Assembly (NCBI GenBank): GCA_900088475.1
Contig: FLMG01001436.1
Location: 59,754-123,753 of the forward strand
Length of the DNA stretch: 64,000 bases
DNA from: Hyphochytrium catenoides
Taxonomy: Eukaryota; Protista; Hyphochytriomycota
Direction: 5' to 3'
The position numbers were made by a program, and so were the translations under genes. Each line of letters starts with the position of its first letter. Position 1 is the first letter of the stretch. This document shows positions 13,220-26,004 of this stretch, in pieces. The notes beneath the pieces were generated by a model, which saw only the letters and a program-made list of their open reading frames with translations, did no database searches and was not told where the DNA came from.

Positions 13220-13991
13220 TCATTGAGGTAGAGCCGTGTCTTGATTGGCTTTCCTTCCACCTAATATGTGGAACACCGGGATGTCTTGAAGCTCTCTCCG
13301 TGCACATAAATACTCGCCTGTGGGGTAAAAGAGAGGTAAAGCACATGAGGGGCCCCGGGTCTCAAGGAAGTGGTGAATAGGCAATACTCACCCAAGAACA
13401 CTGTTATAGCGAAAGAGACCAGCATCGCAATCCACCATTCCCAATGGTTGGGAATTCCCTAAGAGTACCAAACGTAAGATACACCTTTGCTGCGACCCTG
13501 GCAGGGCGGTGTGCTCGAGGGGCGGACTCGTACGGAGAGACTTACCGAGTACACGGAGACAACCATGAAATGGATAAAGTACAGAGTGAACCCAAAATCG
13601 AGGCACTTCTTTGATCTCTCCACAATCAGCATCAGTGTTACGGCACTATTTGAGAGGTTAGGTTTCTCATGTACCGTCCCAGGATCAATGGAGAGACTTA
13701 CCAACCTACAGCAGCAATCCAAAAGGCGAAGACATAGGTCCATCCAACCGCAGTGGCGAAAGTAATCTCTCGATGATCCCAAAGGGGCTTCACTCCGAAA
13801 ACGGGGGTCGCCATGAGAAGGTGCATGAAGCCTAGAACAGTAAGACAAGCGCAATAAAAGCAGAGCTGCGTGATCCTGTGAGTTAATGCGTCCCTGCCGG
13901 CAGCATTTGAGACATAGGACTACTAGCCCACCTGAAGTGCCACGATTTGCCTGACAATAACTCTTGGGCCCCATTGGGCCTTCCTATACAT
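13220..13991 (-). CDS. SYS1: Golgi trafficking protein SYS1
   Basis: MYRKAQWGPRVIVRQIVALQ|LCFYC...LIVERSKKCLDFGFTLYFIHF...GIPNHWEWW...FLGEYLCARRELQDIP contains all SYS1 hallmark motifs. TGA at 13222-13220. Confidence 0.93.
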
Positions 13992-15252
13992 CTTTCCCAT
14001 TTCACCAAAGTGTTACGCTGACAATGGGCCTGCCAGAATACCACTTCTACCCTATAACGTGCTCAGACATAGTCTCTGTTTGCTCACTAAGACTTTGAAG
14101 ACTGAGCTCCTCGAGATCGAGCTGAAGGCTGCATTCCGATGGAGACAAGTAGAAGAGACACCAACAGCAGCGTTCAATACTGAGCCAATGTCATCCAAGG
14201 TCCTCCGAGAGGTCCTGACAGTTCAACAGCGCGATTTTTCTCAATAAACTAGAGTCTGTCTTCCTTTCCCCTTCAGATCCGCACTTTCTTCTCTGAGAGA
14301 TTTAGTAAGTAAATCAACCAACAAATACCCACGTGTTAGGAATACTTGGACTTATAATGGTACCAGCGAACTCCAACAAAACTTGTTGTACGACTTTACC
14401 AAAGTATCGGTCATACTGAGGAACATCGAACTGAAAGAAATAAATCATTGAGAATTTACAGTGAATCTTCCGATAGTCTCGACTCTATTCTACCCTAGAC
14501 TAACTGCTGCCTTTAGATGAATCTTTCAAAGAGGTTGCAATAAACCTTTAGCAGTAGGTACACACTCATGAAGGGACAGAACAAGGGGTAGGAAGAAAGC
14601 AGACAACAACAGGGAAAGTGGTTCTCAACAGGGCGTTTCTTGGTCTATTATATTATCCGTGTTATTTATTAGAGCTGAGTGAACAACAGAAAGGAACAGG
14701 CGGAAAACATGTGGACAAAAGCTTGCCATTCTATCACAGCTGGAAGCTCTTTCCAGCTTCTTTCTTCTTGGACGGGCCCAGCCCAAGGGCCTCCATAATG
14801 TAAAGGGTTTGTTTGTGAGGCAACAGCGACCGGTTGTACGAATGTGGGGCTTTGTGGCTGTTCGTGGGTCAGAGCTCAACAGCGTTCTGATCCGCGTACA
14901 AGTAACTCTAGCGATTGTGGCCGCCGAAAGTGTCTGACGCTGACATGGGAATCTGACTAGCGAATTCTTGCTGACTCAATTAGAAGGCCAAGGCGACGGC
15001 TATAGAGTAGTTATGTTTACGCTTATCGTGTTTACCACTGCTATATGGAGACCTTAAAGACAGTAAACGCAGAAACATATTCGAAGACGGGTGCGGCTAG
15101 ACGGCAAGCGATGACTAGAGAGAATGCATTCTGAGGCACGTATTCTACTTATGCTCAACGCCTGTGCCTGACCATCTTGCGGTGTAATCAAAATTTGTAA
15201 CGATTGGTTAAGTTGGCGCTTTATGCCTACCTCCACCTCCGAAGCGTCCAGC

Positions 15253-16087
15253 ATGGCGCATAGACATCAACCATCACTAGACACAAGAATTCTCGAAGGA
15301 CTGGCCAATCATCCTTTGTCAGTCTTGTGCATCTTAGCTGGAGGTTTCGGTGGCTGCCTATTCTTGTATGTCGTCGGCATGAAGCTTCTCTGGTAAGTCC
15401 ATCATCCCTCGTGGGTTATCATCGCCAAGACGATTGAGGAGAGCCTGACTCCAACTTTGACAAGTAGCAACGTGGTATGCGTCCTTTACCCCCTTTTCAA
15501 GTCATTCGACTCGAAGGAACTATCTCCCGAGCAGCACCGTCAACAGTGGTAAGAGACGCTGTAAGCTGGCTGAACTTTGGCGCCTTCTCGCCCTAACAGA
15601 TAGCCATTTTGCTCTCTTTCTCGTACAAGGCTGACGTACTGGGTCCTTCTTGGAGGCTTCAGCATCTTTGAGGTGTTCTCCAACACGATCCTTGCCTGGT
15701 AACGTTGCATGCAACTGTTCTAGACAGGCAGATAGCCGCCTCTTACTATTCTTTTTGCTCTCATAGGATCCCATTCTATTACGGCTTCAAGGGGGTATTC
15801 TTTCTATGGTGCATGATACCCCAGACTTTAGGGGCACAAATGTTCTACACGTCCCTCATACTCCCGTTGCTGACGGCACCGGTCTCAGATGTCAACCATC
15901 TCATGAAGCAAGTAACTAAAAACGCCATCGACCAGTCTCTTCAAGGACTTGTACCTAGTGCAAGTGCAATCAAGGAGGACATCCTAATGGTAAAAGTTCC
16001 CAATATTTTACGGCTATTCTTTACCTCAACTCACGTACGACGTCCTAGGATGCCGATGTAAATGTCGTACAGGCGACAATCGGCTAG
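15253..16087 (+). CDS. YOP1: TB2/DP1/HVA22 family ER-shaping protein (YOP1/REEP5-like)
   Basis: Five exons give ...LLCNVVCVLYPLFKS...QQWLTYWVLLGGFSIFEVF...WIPFYYGFKGVFFLWCMIPQTLGAQMFY, the DP1/Yop1 signature (YP..S, WLxYW, PFYY..K..F..W...P...GA). Confidence 0.9.
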
Positions 16088-16185
16088 CCCGCAGGCGTTA
16101 GCCACATATCATTTCTATAATGTACAATAAATACTCCTATCGCTCTGTCCTGCCCCAGTCTTCGCAGAATGCTGCTAGGTGACTC

Positions 16186-16794
16186 TCAGTATGGGCTTGC
16201 ATGCCCGTTCCAGTTTTCGGGCACAGGTTCTAAGCTGCCGCGATGATTCCCGAGTCCCAGGTTGGACTTCCGCCAGGTGTAGGTGGCGTCAGCTGAGACG
16301 AGGACGATGGGGAGCATAAACATTCTGGTGAAGACGCTGGTCAGTGTCTGGCATCCCTTACAGCTAGAGCCAGGGTGGTAGTAGGCAGCGTAGACGGCGA
16401 GCACATCCTTCCAGAATCGAAAGAGCTGCTTTGCCCGTAACTCCTGTACATCTTCTCTTAGGTGACTTTGCCAACGCTTTCTAGGAAAAGGGGTACTATT
16501 GAGAGCCCCGACCACCTGAGTACATCGGTTGCAAGTTTCGATAAGAAGATTTAGCCTCCAGGCTAGTTGCCGCTTAATCCGATGGAGGTCGCTAAACCGG
16601 TGCTGAACAATCCAGCGCTGTCCTCCTTTTACGTCGCTAATAAAGAAAGCATATAGTGTGGATGGTTGTTCATGGTGTTGCCGTAGCTTCTGCAAAAGAC
16701 ATGTCTTCGCTGAAGTTGACTTGTTCGTTCCGGGAACAGTTAGCCCGGGCCTGACAAATACTCCCTGCACAACTATCTTCAGCAACCCGCCCAT
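16186..16794 (-). CDS. PX (phox) domain-containing protein; 5' end uncertain, may extend to about 17090
   Basis: 202-aa ORF with TLYAFFI...WIVQHRFSDLHRIKRQL...PFPRKRW...VQELRAKQLFRFWKDVL, following the PX pattern (W.V.RRYSdF..L...L; FPxK; eR...L..fl..l). Confidence 0.65.
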   Translation of the reverse strand: MGGLLKIVVQGVFVRPGLTVPGTNKSTSAKTCLLQKLRQHHEQPSTLYAFFISDVKGGQRWIVQHRFSDLHRIKRQLAWRLNLLIETCNRCTQVVGALNSTPFPRKRWQSHLREDVQELRAKQLFRFWKDVLAVYAAYYHPGSSCKGCQTLTSVFTRMFMLPIVLVSADATYTWRKSNLGLGNHRGSLEPVPENWNGHASPY

Positions 16795-19566
16795 CTGCCT
16801 GCTACCAAGTAGTCTTGCGTTTTCAATACCACTGCCACGCTATCCCAGCGTTTGGGAGGGTGAGACCTCAGTACAAAGAGGCCATCGTGATAAATCGGAT
16901 TGCGATCCCGTTTGCAGGTAGTAGATACGATGTACCCTGCCAAACTAGCTTTCAGAGGGAACACCTGGCAACACCAACCACGAGCTGCGGGCCCTACTTT
17001 AGTGAAGCTAGCCCGATGAGCTTGAAATGCCGGTAAGGAAGAAGCAAGCTCTTTAGAAGCTGAAGACTCTGATCCTGGATCGAGCTTCACCTGACCTGAG
17101 AATCGTTTAGCTCCAAATCCCTAATGACCTTGCGTGCCAAGTTTCATCTGCTCGCTGCTATAGCGAGGAACGGAACATCGGAGAATCTCAAAACCCATCT
17201 TAAGCCTTGTAGAACTCTGTTTATCAGCGTCTGATAGCGGGACAGTCTTTCCCTCATAAGTTCTATCGCCTGTCTCTCTGACAGCACGCCAACAGCCATT
17301 CACCTGGAGTCTATCTTTTGATTGTGGTGTAACCGACGAAAAAGGATGGACCTGACCGAAAAGATTCAGAGCTGGGCTGTATGTTAAGCCCAGCACAACC
17401 GAAAATACGCATAGAACCAGCCTGCTTATAGAAACATCACTGCAGATAAGTAGTAGGACCGAACGATAGGAGAACTGTTCTGGAAATAATGAGACAGGCG
17501 AAGGTTCAAGGCAATGCAGTAGAAATAGAACGACTGCTTGATGCTTGAAGGCCTCGCTTCATGAGTTTGGCTCTCTTGCAGGTTGAGCTTCGGTCTCATG
17601 CTCACACGCTCGCTCATTCAGTTGGTGGTGTCTGTCCCTGTACACTAGAAGAACTACCAATACCTCCTCTTGTTGTTGCTTGGTCATCAGCGCGATTCAT
17701 CTATTGAGAACTCTTGTTGCGGTGGTAGACAGTTTCTGACGACGTGACGTACGTCTGTAGAAGAAGGAGAAGGAGAGTTACGTACAGGGCCCTTGCTGCT
17801 GTTGCTGCGGTGGGGCTGCGGGCATCTATTGTCAAACCAAGGTAGAAGAGACGATTACCATCTTTCCACCTGGGGAGACCTATATTTCACTTTCTAGAAC
17901 AGAGCAATTTGTTGAGGACTACTACTACTCATCAACCACCACTGTAATAAGCTCTGCAAGGGTCACATTGGAGCTTTGCGAGGACCTGCATTGCATACTG
18001 CTGTCAGCAACATCAGAACATAATCATGCTGCACTCTGCTGTGGCGAGCACGAGCGAGGTCACCCTGGTTTATTGCGGTGCTACCTTTGTAAAATGCGGG
18101 AAAGCAGCGGTACACCTGAGAGTATTTCGAGCCTTTGCACTTAGTAGGGACGTTCAATCATCATGCCAGGAAAGTGGAGGTCAATCAGACAGAAGCACCC
18201 CCTTATTAGCTCAATCTTAAGGCGCGATGGGCTCCTTCTTTATCTCTAGTGTTTTGCTTGCTCCCTTCATTAACGTTAACTTGTCGCCACTATCTTCTTA
18301 TCACCGCGTTGCGTAGTAAGACATTGGATTCCCTTTACTGCCAACGATATTTGACCGCCCACCCTTCATCGGCCTCCGAGAATAAGTCTTCAGGTGCACA
18401 ACGAGGGTCTCACCGCCGATGCATTTGCCTGCATCTCCCACCAGCCGTAGAAGTTGTTATTGTTAGTTGTCGAAAAGGAGAAACCACCGCTGCGGGACTT
18501 GCTTCTTCTTCTCGTGGCCCACAAAAGAATCAAAGCTCCGCGTCATTCCGCAGCAGAGCAAGGATAAGGATAGAATAACTATTAAGTACGAATATTATGA
18601 CTCGGTCCTCCCCAAACCGGACAGCGGGGGTACCAGAAAATCAAACAAGCAGGTATCTTCTTCCTCCCTCCTTCTTCTCTGTCCTCCTTGCTCATCATCT
18701 AGACGTGTAGTACTGCTGGTTGACTGCTGGTACTTCTCACCGATACCTTCCCATAAATTAGAGCGCATCGCGGTGGGCCAAGGCATCGATGCAAGTGATC
18801 TATTATGGGCTCGTTCTCATGCCTCAACACCGCGCGCCATAATGATAACGACCATCATAAGACAATGGTGGTGGACTAGCAGCAGCGACGAGCCTTATCA
18901 TGTTCTTCCTCTTCTCCTCGCTCCCAGCGGCCAGGGTTCTGCCTTATAGAAAATGGCCTTCTTCCCACTGTAAACTGGCGCCTACATTTCAACCATGTAG
19001 GCGAAGAAGAGTTCCTGTCAGGGATAACTGGCATGTAAAGTGCTACTATTTGTGATACAAGGAATGCTAATCCTAATAAGTATGACCAGCCAACCAGCCA
19101 TTTTACCCCTCTGCGCCCAAGTGATAGGAGTGATCGCTTCCATCATCAATCAACTCATCACTCGAGGAATAAGCGAGGTATCTTCTGAGCTTCTCTGCTT
19201 TATCATCACTGAGCAGAGATGCCACACTACTTTGAGGCTTGCTAAGCTGATGGAGACAATGCAGAAGAGATTGGTCTCCCTTGACGTACCAGCAAATAGT
19301 GAAGGAAGGAGAGGAGATAGGGGAGTAAGTCGTCTTCAATAAAGGAGGGAGACAAGTCCTGCTAAGTAGGAGAGAAAAGAAACGTCTTAACTCCAACAAG
19401 GGCTCGTGAGCATCCGAGCTGGACTTCAGGTACGCAGCATGCATGCAGGTGTATGAAGGACTCAGCCAACTCTGTTCGCTGTCAAGCACACTAGACTGCT
19501 TCAGGGCTTTGGCACTTTCTATCAGTCCTCGTCTCACTTTCTTGTCCGCATTCGTCTATTTACAGA

Positions 19567-21959
19567 ATGTCGTCGGGCAAGAAAAGAACAGAGAAGAGAG
19601 CGTCAAATGTAGCTGCTAGCAAGGAGAACAATGCAGCACAGTCTGCTGCTTCAGCACCAGAGCAAGTCGTAATAGGAATAGATTTCGGTACAACCCATTG
19701 CTCTGTAGGGATTTGGCAGAATGGCCGGGCAGAAGTCATTGCGAACGAACAGGTTTGAGTCCATAATATTTCCATAATAGCTGTCAAAGCTCAGATTTCA
19801 CTCGCCCAGGGCAACCGGTCTACTCCATCGGTTCTCAGCTACAGCGAAACGGAGCTGCTTGTTGGTGAGGCGGCAGAGTCTAAGATGCATAAGAATTCAG
19901 CAAATACAGTCTTTGACATCAAACGACTCATGGGAAAGAAGTTCAGCGATCCTGACATACAAAGGCTAATAAAGAGATGGCCCTTCAAGGTTATAGCTGG
20001 CCCTGACGACACCTGCCGCATAGTGGTTCAGTATCAAGGTTAGCGTCTTCGGATTCTCAAGATATACATTAGCTATGACTGAGCGGGCAATGACATCTAT
20101 AGGCAAAGAGAAAGTGTTATCTCCTGAAGAGGCGGCCGGGACATTACTAAGAAGAATCAAAGCTCAAGCCGAGAGTTACCTAGGAAAGACTGTAACCACA
20201 GCTGTGATTGCCGTCCCAGTTTCATTCACCACGGCGCAACGCCAATCGATGTTGGAGGCAGCAAAAATAGCGAAACTTCATGTAAAGCGGCTTATCAATG
20301 AACCAACCGCTGCAGTTCTGGCGTATGGAATGGACCATCACGGTACAGGCCAAAGGAATGTCCTAGTTTTCGATCTAGGAGGGGGCACGCTGGGAGTAAC
20401 ACTTATCTACGTGGACGAAGGAATGCTGACGGTGGAAGCTACGCACGGGGACAATCACCTGGGAGGAGAAGACTTTGATGACCGCCTGACGGATCACTTC
20501 ATGAAGGAGTTCAATAGAAAGACGAGGATGGATATCTCTGATAATAAGCGCTCACTCATTCGCCTAAGAACAGCCTCTGAGAGAGCCAAGAAAATTCTGT
20601 CTCAGCAGACACAGGCTGCGGTCGATATTGACTCTCTTTATGACGGAGTCGACTTCTCTTCTCGTATATCCAGAGCTCGCTTCGAAGACCTCATATTTGA
20701 TTACATTAGGGAGACGAAGGCTCACGTCGAACAGGTCAGTGAACCCGAGAGTCTGCTTTCTTTCCCTCTCTTCCCACTTAAGCCATAACGTCAAACCCTT
20801 GTAGGTTTTAAAAGAGGCAGAACTAGAGGTGGACGATGTCGATGATGTTTTAGTTGTCGGTGCTGCCAGCAGAGTCCCACGTATCCAGGCAATGCTAGAG
20901 TCAATGTTTGGCGGTGCTTCTAAGGTGCTAACAACGGCGACAACTCTACTTTGTTGTCTTATGGTGTTGAAAGTTTTGCCTGATAGTTCCGTGGCCACGC
21001 TCCTTGTATTAACTCCTTGCATTAACAGATTCAGTCCAAGGTGACTCCCGAGGAGGCCGTCGCACTCGGAGCTACTATTCAAGCGGCAATTTTGGCAGAG
21101 ACTCCTGATTTCGAAGTTCCCGATCTGACTGCGGTTGACGTCGTTCCTCTCAGCCTCGGTCTTGAGACTCAAGGCGGAGTCATGAGCGTTCTCATTGAGC
21201 GCTACGCCTTGCTGCCGGTAAGTATCTAGTTGAAGTGACAATGTTCGTTAAAGAGACCAATTCTATGCTCTTTTGATATAGGCATCCAAGAAAGTTGTCT
21301 GCTCCACTCAGCAGGACGAACAGACCTCAGTTTGCGTCAAAGTTTACGAAGGAGAAAGACAGCTAGTGGCTGACAACACGCTTCTGGGCTATTTCGTCCT
21401 GGATGGCATACCGCCGATGCCTCGTGGCGTACCTGTCATTTCTATAGAGTTTGTCGTTGACGAAAGCGGAGTCCTCCGGGTCAGCGCTGTAGAGAGCAGT
21501 TCAGAAAAGGCAGTTGAGCTAGTGGTCCAGCCGCAAGGTGATAGACTGAGCAAGGAAGGTAGGTCAATCACTGTATTTCCCATGAGGATCAGCATAGGAG
21601 TAACGCCCCTTGCTGGTGTAGATGTGGAGGAGATAGCAAAAGAAGCCGATGAAATGCTAGAGGAGGATGAGGAGAAGGTAGAGGCAATCCAAGCCTGTGT
21701 TGGCCTTCAGAATTTCGTAGACCAGGCATTGCGAGACAGACGGACTTCTGAAGAAAGACAGCAGCTATTAGAAGAGAAGCAGTGGCTGCAAACAGGCAGC
21801 GGACATCCAGCAAGTGTCTACTCCGCCAGACTTGCTCGCATCAAGCAGCTCTGCAAGATGTCAGAGAAGGGGCATTCTTCGACTACCCATGAACCGACCA
21901 CACCCTCTACTTCTGCCCCTCCAGCCGCTGCCGCTCTTGTCGATTTGGATATGGATTAG
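19567..21959 (+). CDS. Divergent Hsp70-family chaperone (7 coding exons)
   Basis: GIDFGTT, IANEQ|GNRSTPS, NTVFDIKRLMG, LINEPTAA, FDLGGGT, HLGGEDFD, PEEAVALGA, DVVPLSLG, VYEGER, GIPPMPRGVP. Six GT-AG introns (e.g. 19753-19809, 20039-20102, 21559-21621). Confidence 0.95.
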
Positions 21960-22815
21960 AAAGCTAAGGGGAACTCATGGTAGTCCTTCTCTTGCCTGGC
22001 ATCTGGCTGACCACACTCCCCTAGTTATATCCTCCAAAGTCGCGAGATTGCCTTCCCAGCTTCTGCTAGCATAGCCTTTGCGGGTGGCAAACCTATTTAT
22101 GCATGCCATGAGGTGCTTAACGTACTATATCCTTGGCAATAGTATGAAAACTTAGTGTTTCCCATGACTTGACTCTTTCATTAATCTTTGCCACTTATAG
22201 ATGGTAGCACCTCTATCGAAACCAGAGAGAGACAGCACGCTTAAGCTCCACCAGCTATAAGCCTCTGACGCCAAGCTGAGCACTATCATTGACGAGCACA
22301 AGCAACAAGCTTCATCAGCCAAGGAACACCTCTGTATTATCTAGACTCGGCTTCGACCACATCATCTGGAGACATGCCATGGACAGCCTCGCCCTACTGT
22401 AGTGCAATGGAGTGTAACAGCCATCATATCCGTGACAGATTTCGTATACTTTCAGTAGTTGTTGCGATATTCGTTATCTGAATGGCAAATTGCCGAAGTC
22501 ACAAGGTTACGAATCGGCGTTCGGGTGAAGTGTAAAACGCTTTGACGCTAAACTTTTATTGCCCTTCGGTCGGCAGACGCTGTGAGCAGAGTCCTCGGCG
22601 CTCGGGCTGCCTGCCGCCTGCTTGATCGGCGCACCTCCTGCTGCTGCTGCTGCCTGCCTGCCTCATCTGTCACTGTTCTCACCTTGACAATTAGAGTCCA
22701 TTATCCAGGCTTGCGGATCACCTAAGACGGGTTGTGAGTCAAGAAGTTGAGATAGAGTAGGGTCGGATCTCCCCGTTGACGCTGATTTGGAAGTGCAAGC
22801 TCATTGTTCAGAAAT

Positions 22816-23590
22816 ATGGTGAGCCAAATCCGATGTACCTCTTTCCCTGCTTACCATCAACTAATTGTCTGTGTTCACCCTTCAGTCGGAAGTAGAAGAG
22901 CTACTTGAGCGGATAAAGATGCACAAGGGCGTCGAGGGGTACGATTCATTAGATAAGCACGCACAATCATAGCTAACCTAAGAAACCGTACAGGTATGTC
23001 ATTTGCGACAAGAATGGAACAGTACTTCGGCGGTATCCTTCCTCGAACCAGGAGCTAGCGGACCTGCAAAGCAAGCTTATCCGGCAGCTTGCCCAGAAAG
23101 CGAGACACACTGTCCGTGATCTGGAACCCACGGTAGGTAGTCCAATCCGAGCTTTGGCTCTTCACGAGAGAGATTAAGAGTATAAAGTGGGCTAAGGTAG
23201 AGAAGTGAATGATGTGCGGGAGGGGAAACGAGCAAGCGGATGGTTATAAATGCTAACATTGCTATCTGCTAGAATGAGCTAAAATATATGAGGATCAGGG
23301 CCAAGACCAAGGAAATCATGGCTGCGTATGGTACGTGTCGCATATCTGACCGTAAAGGACTGAGATTCATGCAAATAGCTACCTTCTTTCTATGAACGCC
23401 GCTGTCCCTACATCTCTCCTTGGGCTTGCATTCCCTTCTCTCGAAGCCTACAACTACCTTATCCTCACTCTGCCCTCCCTTTGTCATAGATAATGAATAC
23501 CTTGTGATCATTATCCAGAGCTGGATGCCCAGCACGGAGTCATCACCACCAGCTATTGTGCCCCTAAACAGCCAAACTCCTAAGCCTTAA
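22816..23590 (+). CDS. DYNLRB: Dynein light chain roadblock
   Basis: M|SEVEELLERIKMHKGVEG|YVICDKNG...AQKARHTVRDLEPT|NELKYMRIRAKTKEIMAAYD|NEYLVIIIQ matches the roadblock/LC7 consensus. TAA at 23588-23590. Confidence 0.93.
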
Positions 23591-23764
23591 TGATATGCCA
23601 AGACGGAGTAATACTCTATGGCTTCTGCTAGCAATCCTCTTATATTATGTCTTCTATCCATCAGTGCCCCGAAGCTCTCCATATATTCCCATAATGTTAT
23701 GTTGCCTCTTGGACTTTCTTAGTCTTTCGATAATTCCTTAAAGTTGTCGTGGCAAAGTAGGAGC

Positions 23765-26004
23765 CTAAGAGCTTACAGTGCTGAAAGACACTCCTCGTGC
23801 AGTCAGCCTCTTGATTAGGTCTGTCCCATGAAAGGCCGCAGCAGGGGTAAGAACTCCAGGAGTCAGCTGGTCCTTCAATAGTGTCAGCGCACACTGGACC
23901 ACAATGATAGGGGTCGCGACATATCCTGGTTCTGGGCCTATGAGATAGCAGTAGTATGGGGTAGGAAGACGAGTAGTAGTCAGCCACGAGATTTCGAAAG
24001 GGAGTTCAGTTGCTCTGAGAGCCTCATTCAGACTGCTTAGGGCTGACGCAGTAGGACGTAAGATACCCGACTCTTGCAGTCTAAGCTCTGAGGCTCCAGA
24101 TATCCATACTATCTCGACGATAACTCTTTTACCTGCCACTTGCGTAATGGTGAGAACATCTGGCTTCTTGTTGGCGGCAGCAAGCTCCGGTGTAGAGTAT
24201 CCCCTCCCAAAAAACCTCATGGAGAAGGAGGTATTCTTGAGGTCTTCCTCGTTTGGCCCTTCGTGTGAGAAAACTCCAAAGGAAAATATCCTCGGATAGC
24301 GAAGCAGTAGTTTGCGGCCCATCTGAACATACATGGGTCGATGAGTACACGACCGGTTCTGGTTATAGTGGAAGGGCATGAAGTAGCAGCCAAAACCTCT
24401 TCTATGAGCAGGCATGATTGCTAAGAGGGAGCTTACATCGCGCCCGCACGAACGACAGGGTACATATAGGAAGCCCTCTCCTATAACAGAAAGAGTCTTT
24501 CTTTATACCTCGAACTTCGCCAGCATGCTAAACATCAGTCCCGCCACACAGATCAACATAAAACCAGTGAATCCAGCGGTCGTGGCGTACGCGGCGAAAT
24601 GTACTGGAGGGACTTTGGTGTCGAGTTTACTGTGCAGCTCCTGACTCTTACGGACGACCGAGGCATCTGATCCCGGAAAGGGAACAGCCCATCTATGGAC
24701 AACAAATTACAATGATGCTTGACGTTTAAAAGAAGGGACAACTCAGGCGCTGAGAGGTTAAGGAGCGACTTCAGAAGGTTGGATTTTGCGACATCTGTCA
24801 GGCCGCTCAAGCTTTGGCCAATTCTACCTGTTCATGACCTTCGAGAAGTGAGTCCCTCGATTGGAAAGTCTTGGGCCTTTCGTAGGTACTGGCGTCTTGG
24901 GTACCTTTCTCCTTAGGTCTCGGAGGGTCTTAACAGACCCGAAACCTAAGAGGGAACAGCAAAAACATGTAGAGAAGCCAGAGCAAAAACAGGCTTAGCG
25001 CTTATCCAAGGCGTCTAACCATACTTGACAAGGACCAATATCAACAGCGGAATAGAACACGCCAAAGAAGCGAGAGGACTCAATAACCCAAGGGGCTGAT
25101 TGAACCGAGCTAGATGCAGAACTTACCAAGAACAGCACATTCGTAGGTAGTGTAGTGACCCTTGACGCGTCCTCGATTGTTGGCAAGGCTCAAGTACTCT
25201 TCCACGGATGAGCAAGTCAAACCTCTTGCTTGCATCTGTTCATCTAGTGAGATCAACCTCCATACGGGCGGTTCCACGACTCAAAAACAATCGACTATGA
25301 GCACCTGTTGCACGGTATATAACGCTCCCAGATCCGCAGGTACACTGTCAAACCCACAGCAAGGCACTACCGTCACACCATTCTCCTTGGCCTTGTCCGT
25401 ATAGTAGACCAGAGTGCGCTCAATGAACTCTGGCTCCCCTACAAGAGGTAGAAGTTGATGAAAGAGTCAACATAATCACTGATTTTCCTTTCATCACCTT
25501 GGCCTTCTTCCCAGTAACCTTCGCACCAATTTCTGTCCAAACTTTCTCATTACCTACTCTCCCTTTCCCAATTCCTCTCCGTCATCCTCACCAGTAATGT
25601 CCACATAGTGGCACTTGTTTGACACGCAAGCACTGACAACCTGCTCCCCATAGAATCTGAAAGGTCCCACGCAGTTAATTAGAACCTTGCACTGCTTTGC
25701 CAGGTTGTTAAGACTAATCGCGTCATTCACATCGGCCAACAGCAAGTCGGGGCTCGATCCGGGGACGGCCTTTGAGACTCTGCCTAAGACAGCCTCCAAC
25801 TTCTCCTTGGATCGACCTGCGAGACACCACTTTCTGCCCTAGAGTGCAGAATACTATTTAGTCTTTGCTAGCGATTTTTAGGTAGGTAGCATGGTCTTTT
25901 GCAGCATACCATACCTGTGGGATCGTTCGCGCCACTTCCTCCGCAACAAACTTGCCTGTGAAGCCGCTCGCTCCAAACACGCAGAGATCATACACCTTGG
26001 CCAT
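23765..26004 (-). CDS. SCCPDH: Saccharopine dehydrogenase-like oxidoreductase
   Basis: MAKVYDLCVFGASGFTGK, LAGRSKEKL, INCVGPFRFYGEQVVSAC, YVDITGEPEF, CGFDSVPADLG, PFPGSDASVV, GPEPGYVATP, GVLTPAAAF. Confidence 0.93.

Noticed and set aside
13459-13974. 171-aa ORF as listed in the track
   Set aside because: It is a mix of frames across SYS1 introns; the spliced start is ATG 13991.
20564-21241. 225-aa antisense ORF over Hsp70
   Set aside because: It is a shadow ORF of the coding strand with no motifs of its own.
23033-23042. GTATCCTTCC, a U12-like donor in the roadblock gene
   Set aside because: It lies in coding sequence (RRYPSS). The exon length matches the roadblock consensus without splicing, and no U12 branch site follows.
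24748-24766. Minus-strand TCCTTAAC plus nearby CAG in an SCCPDH intron
   Set aside because: The donor is GTAGAA (U2-like), and the conserved frame (NR|WAVPFPGSD) needs the acceptor near 24693.
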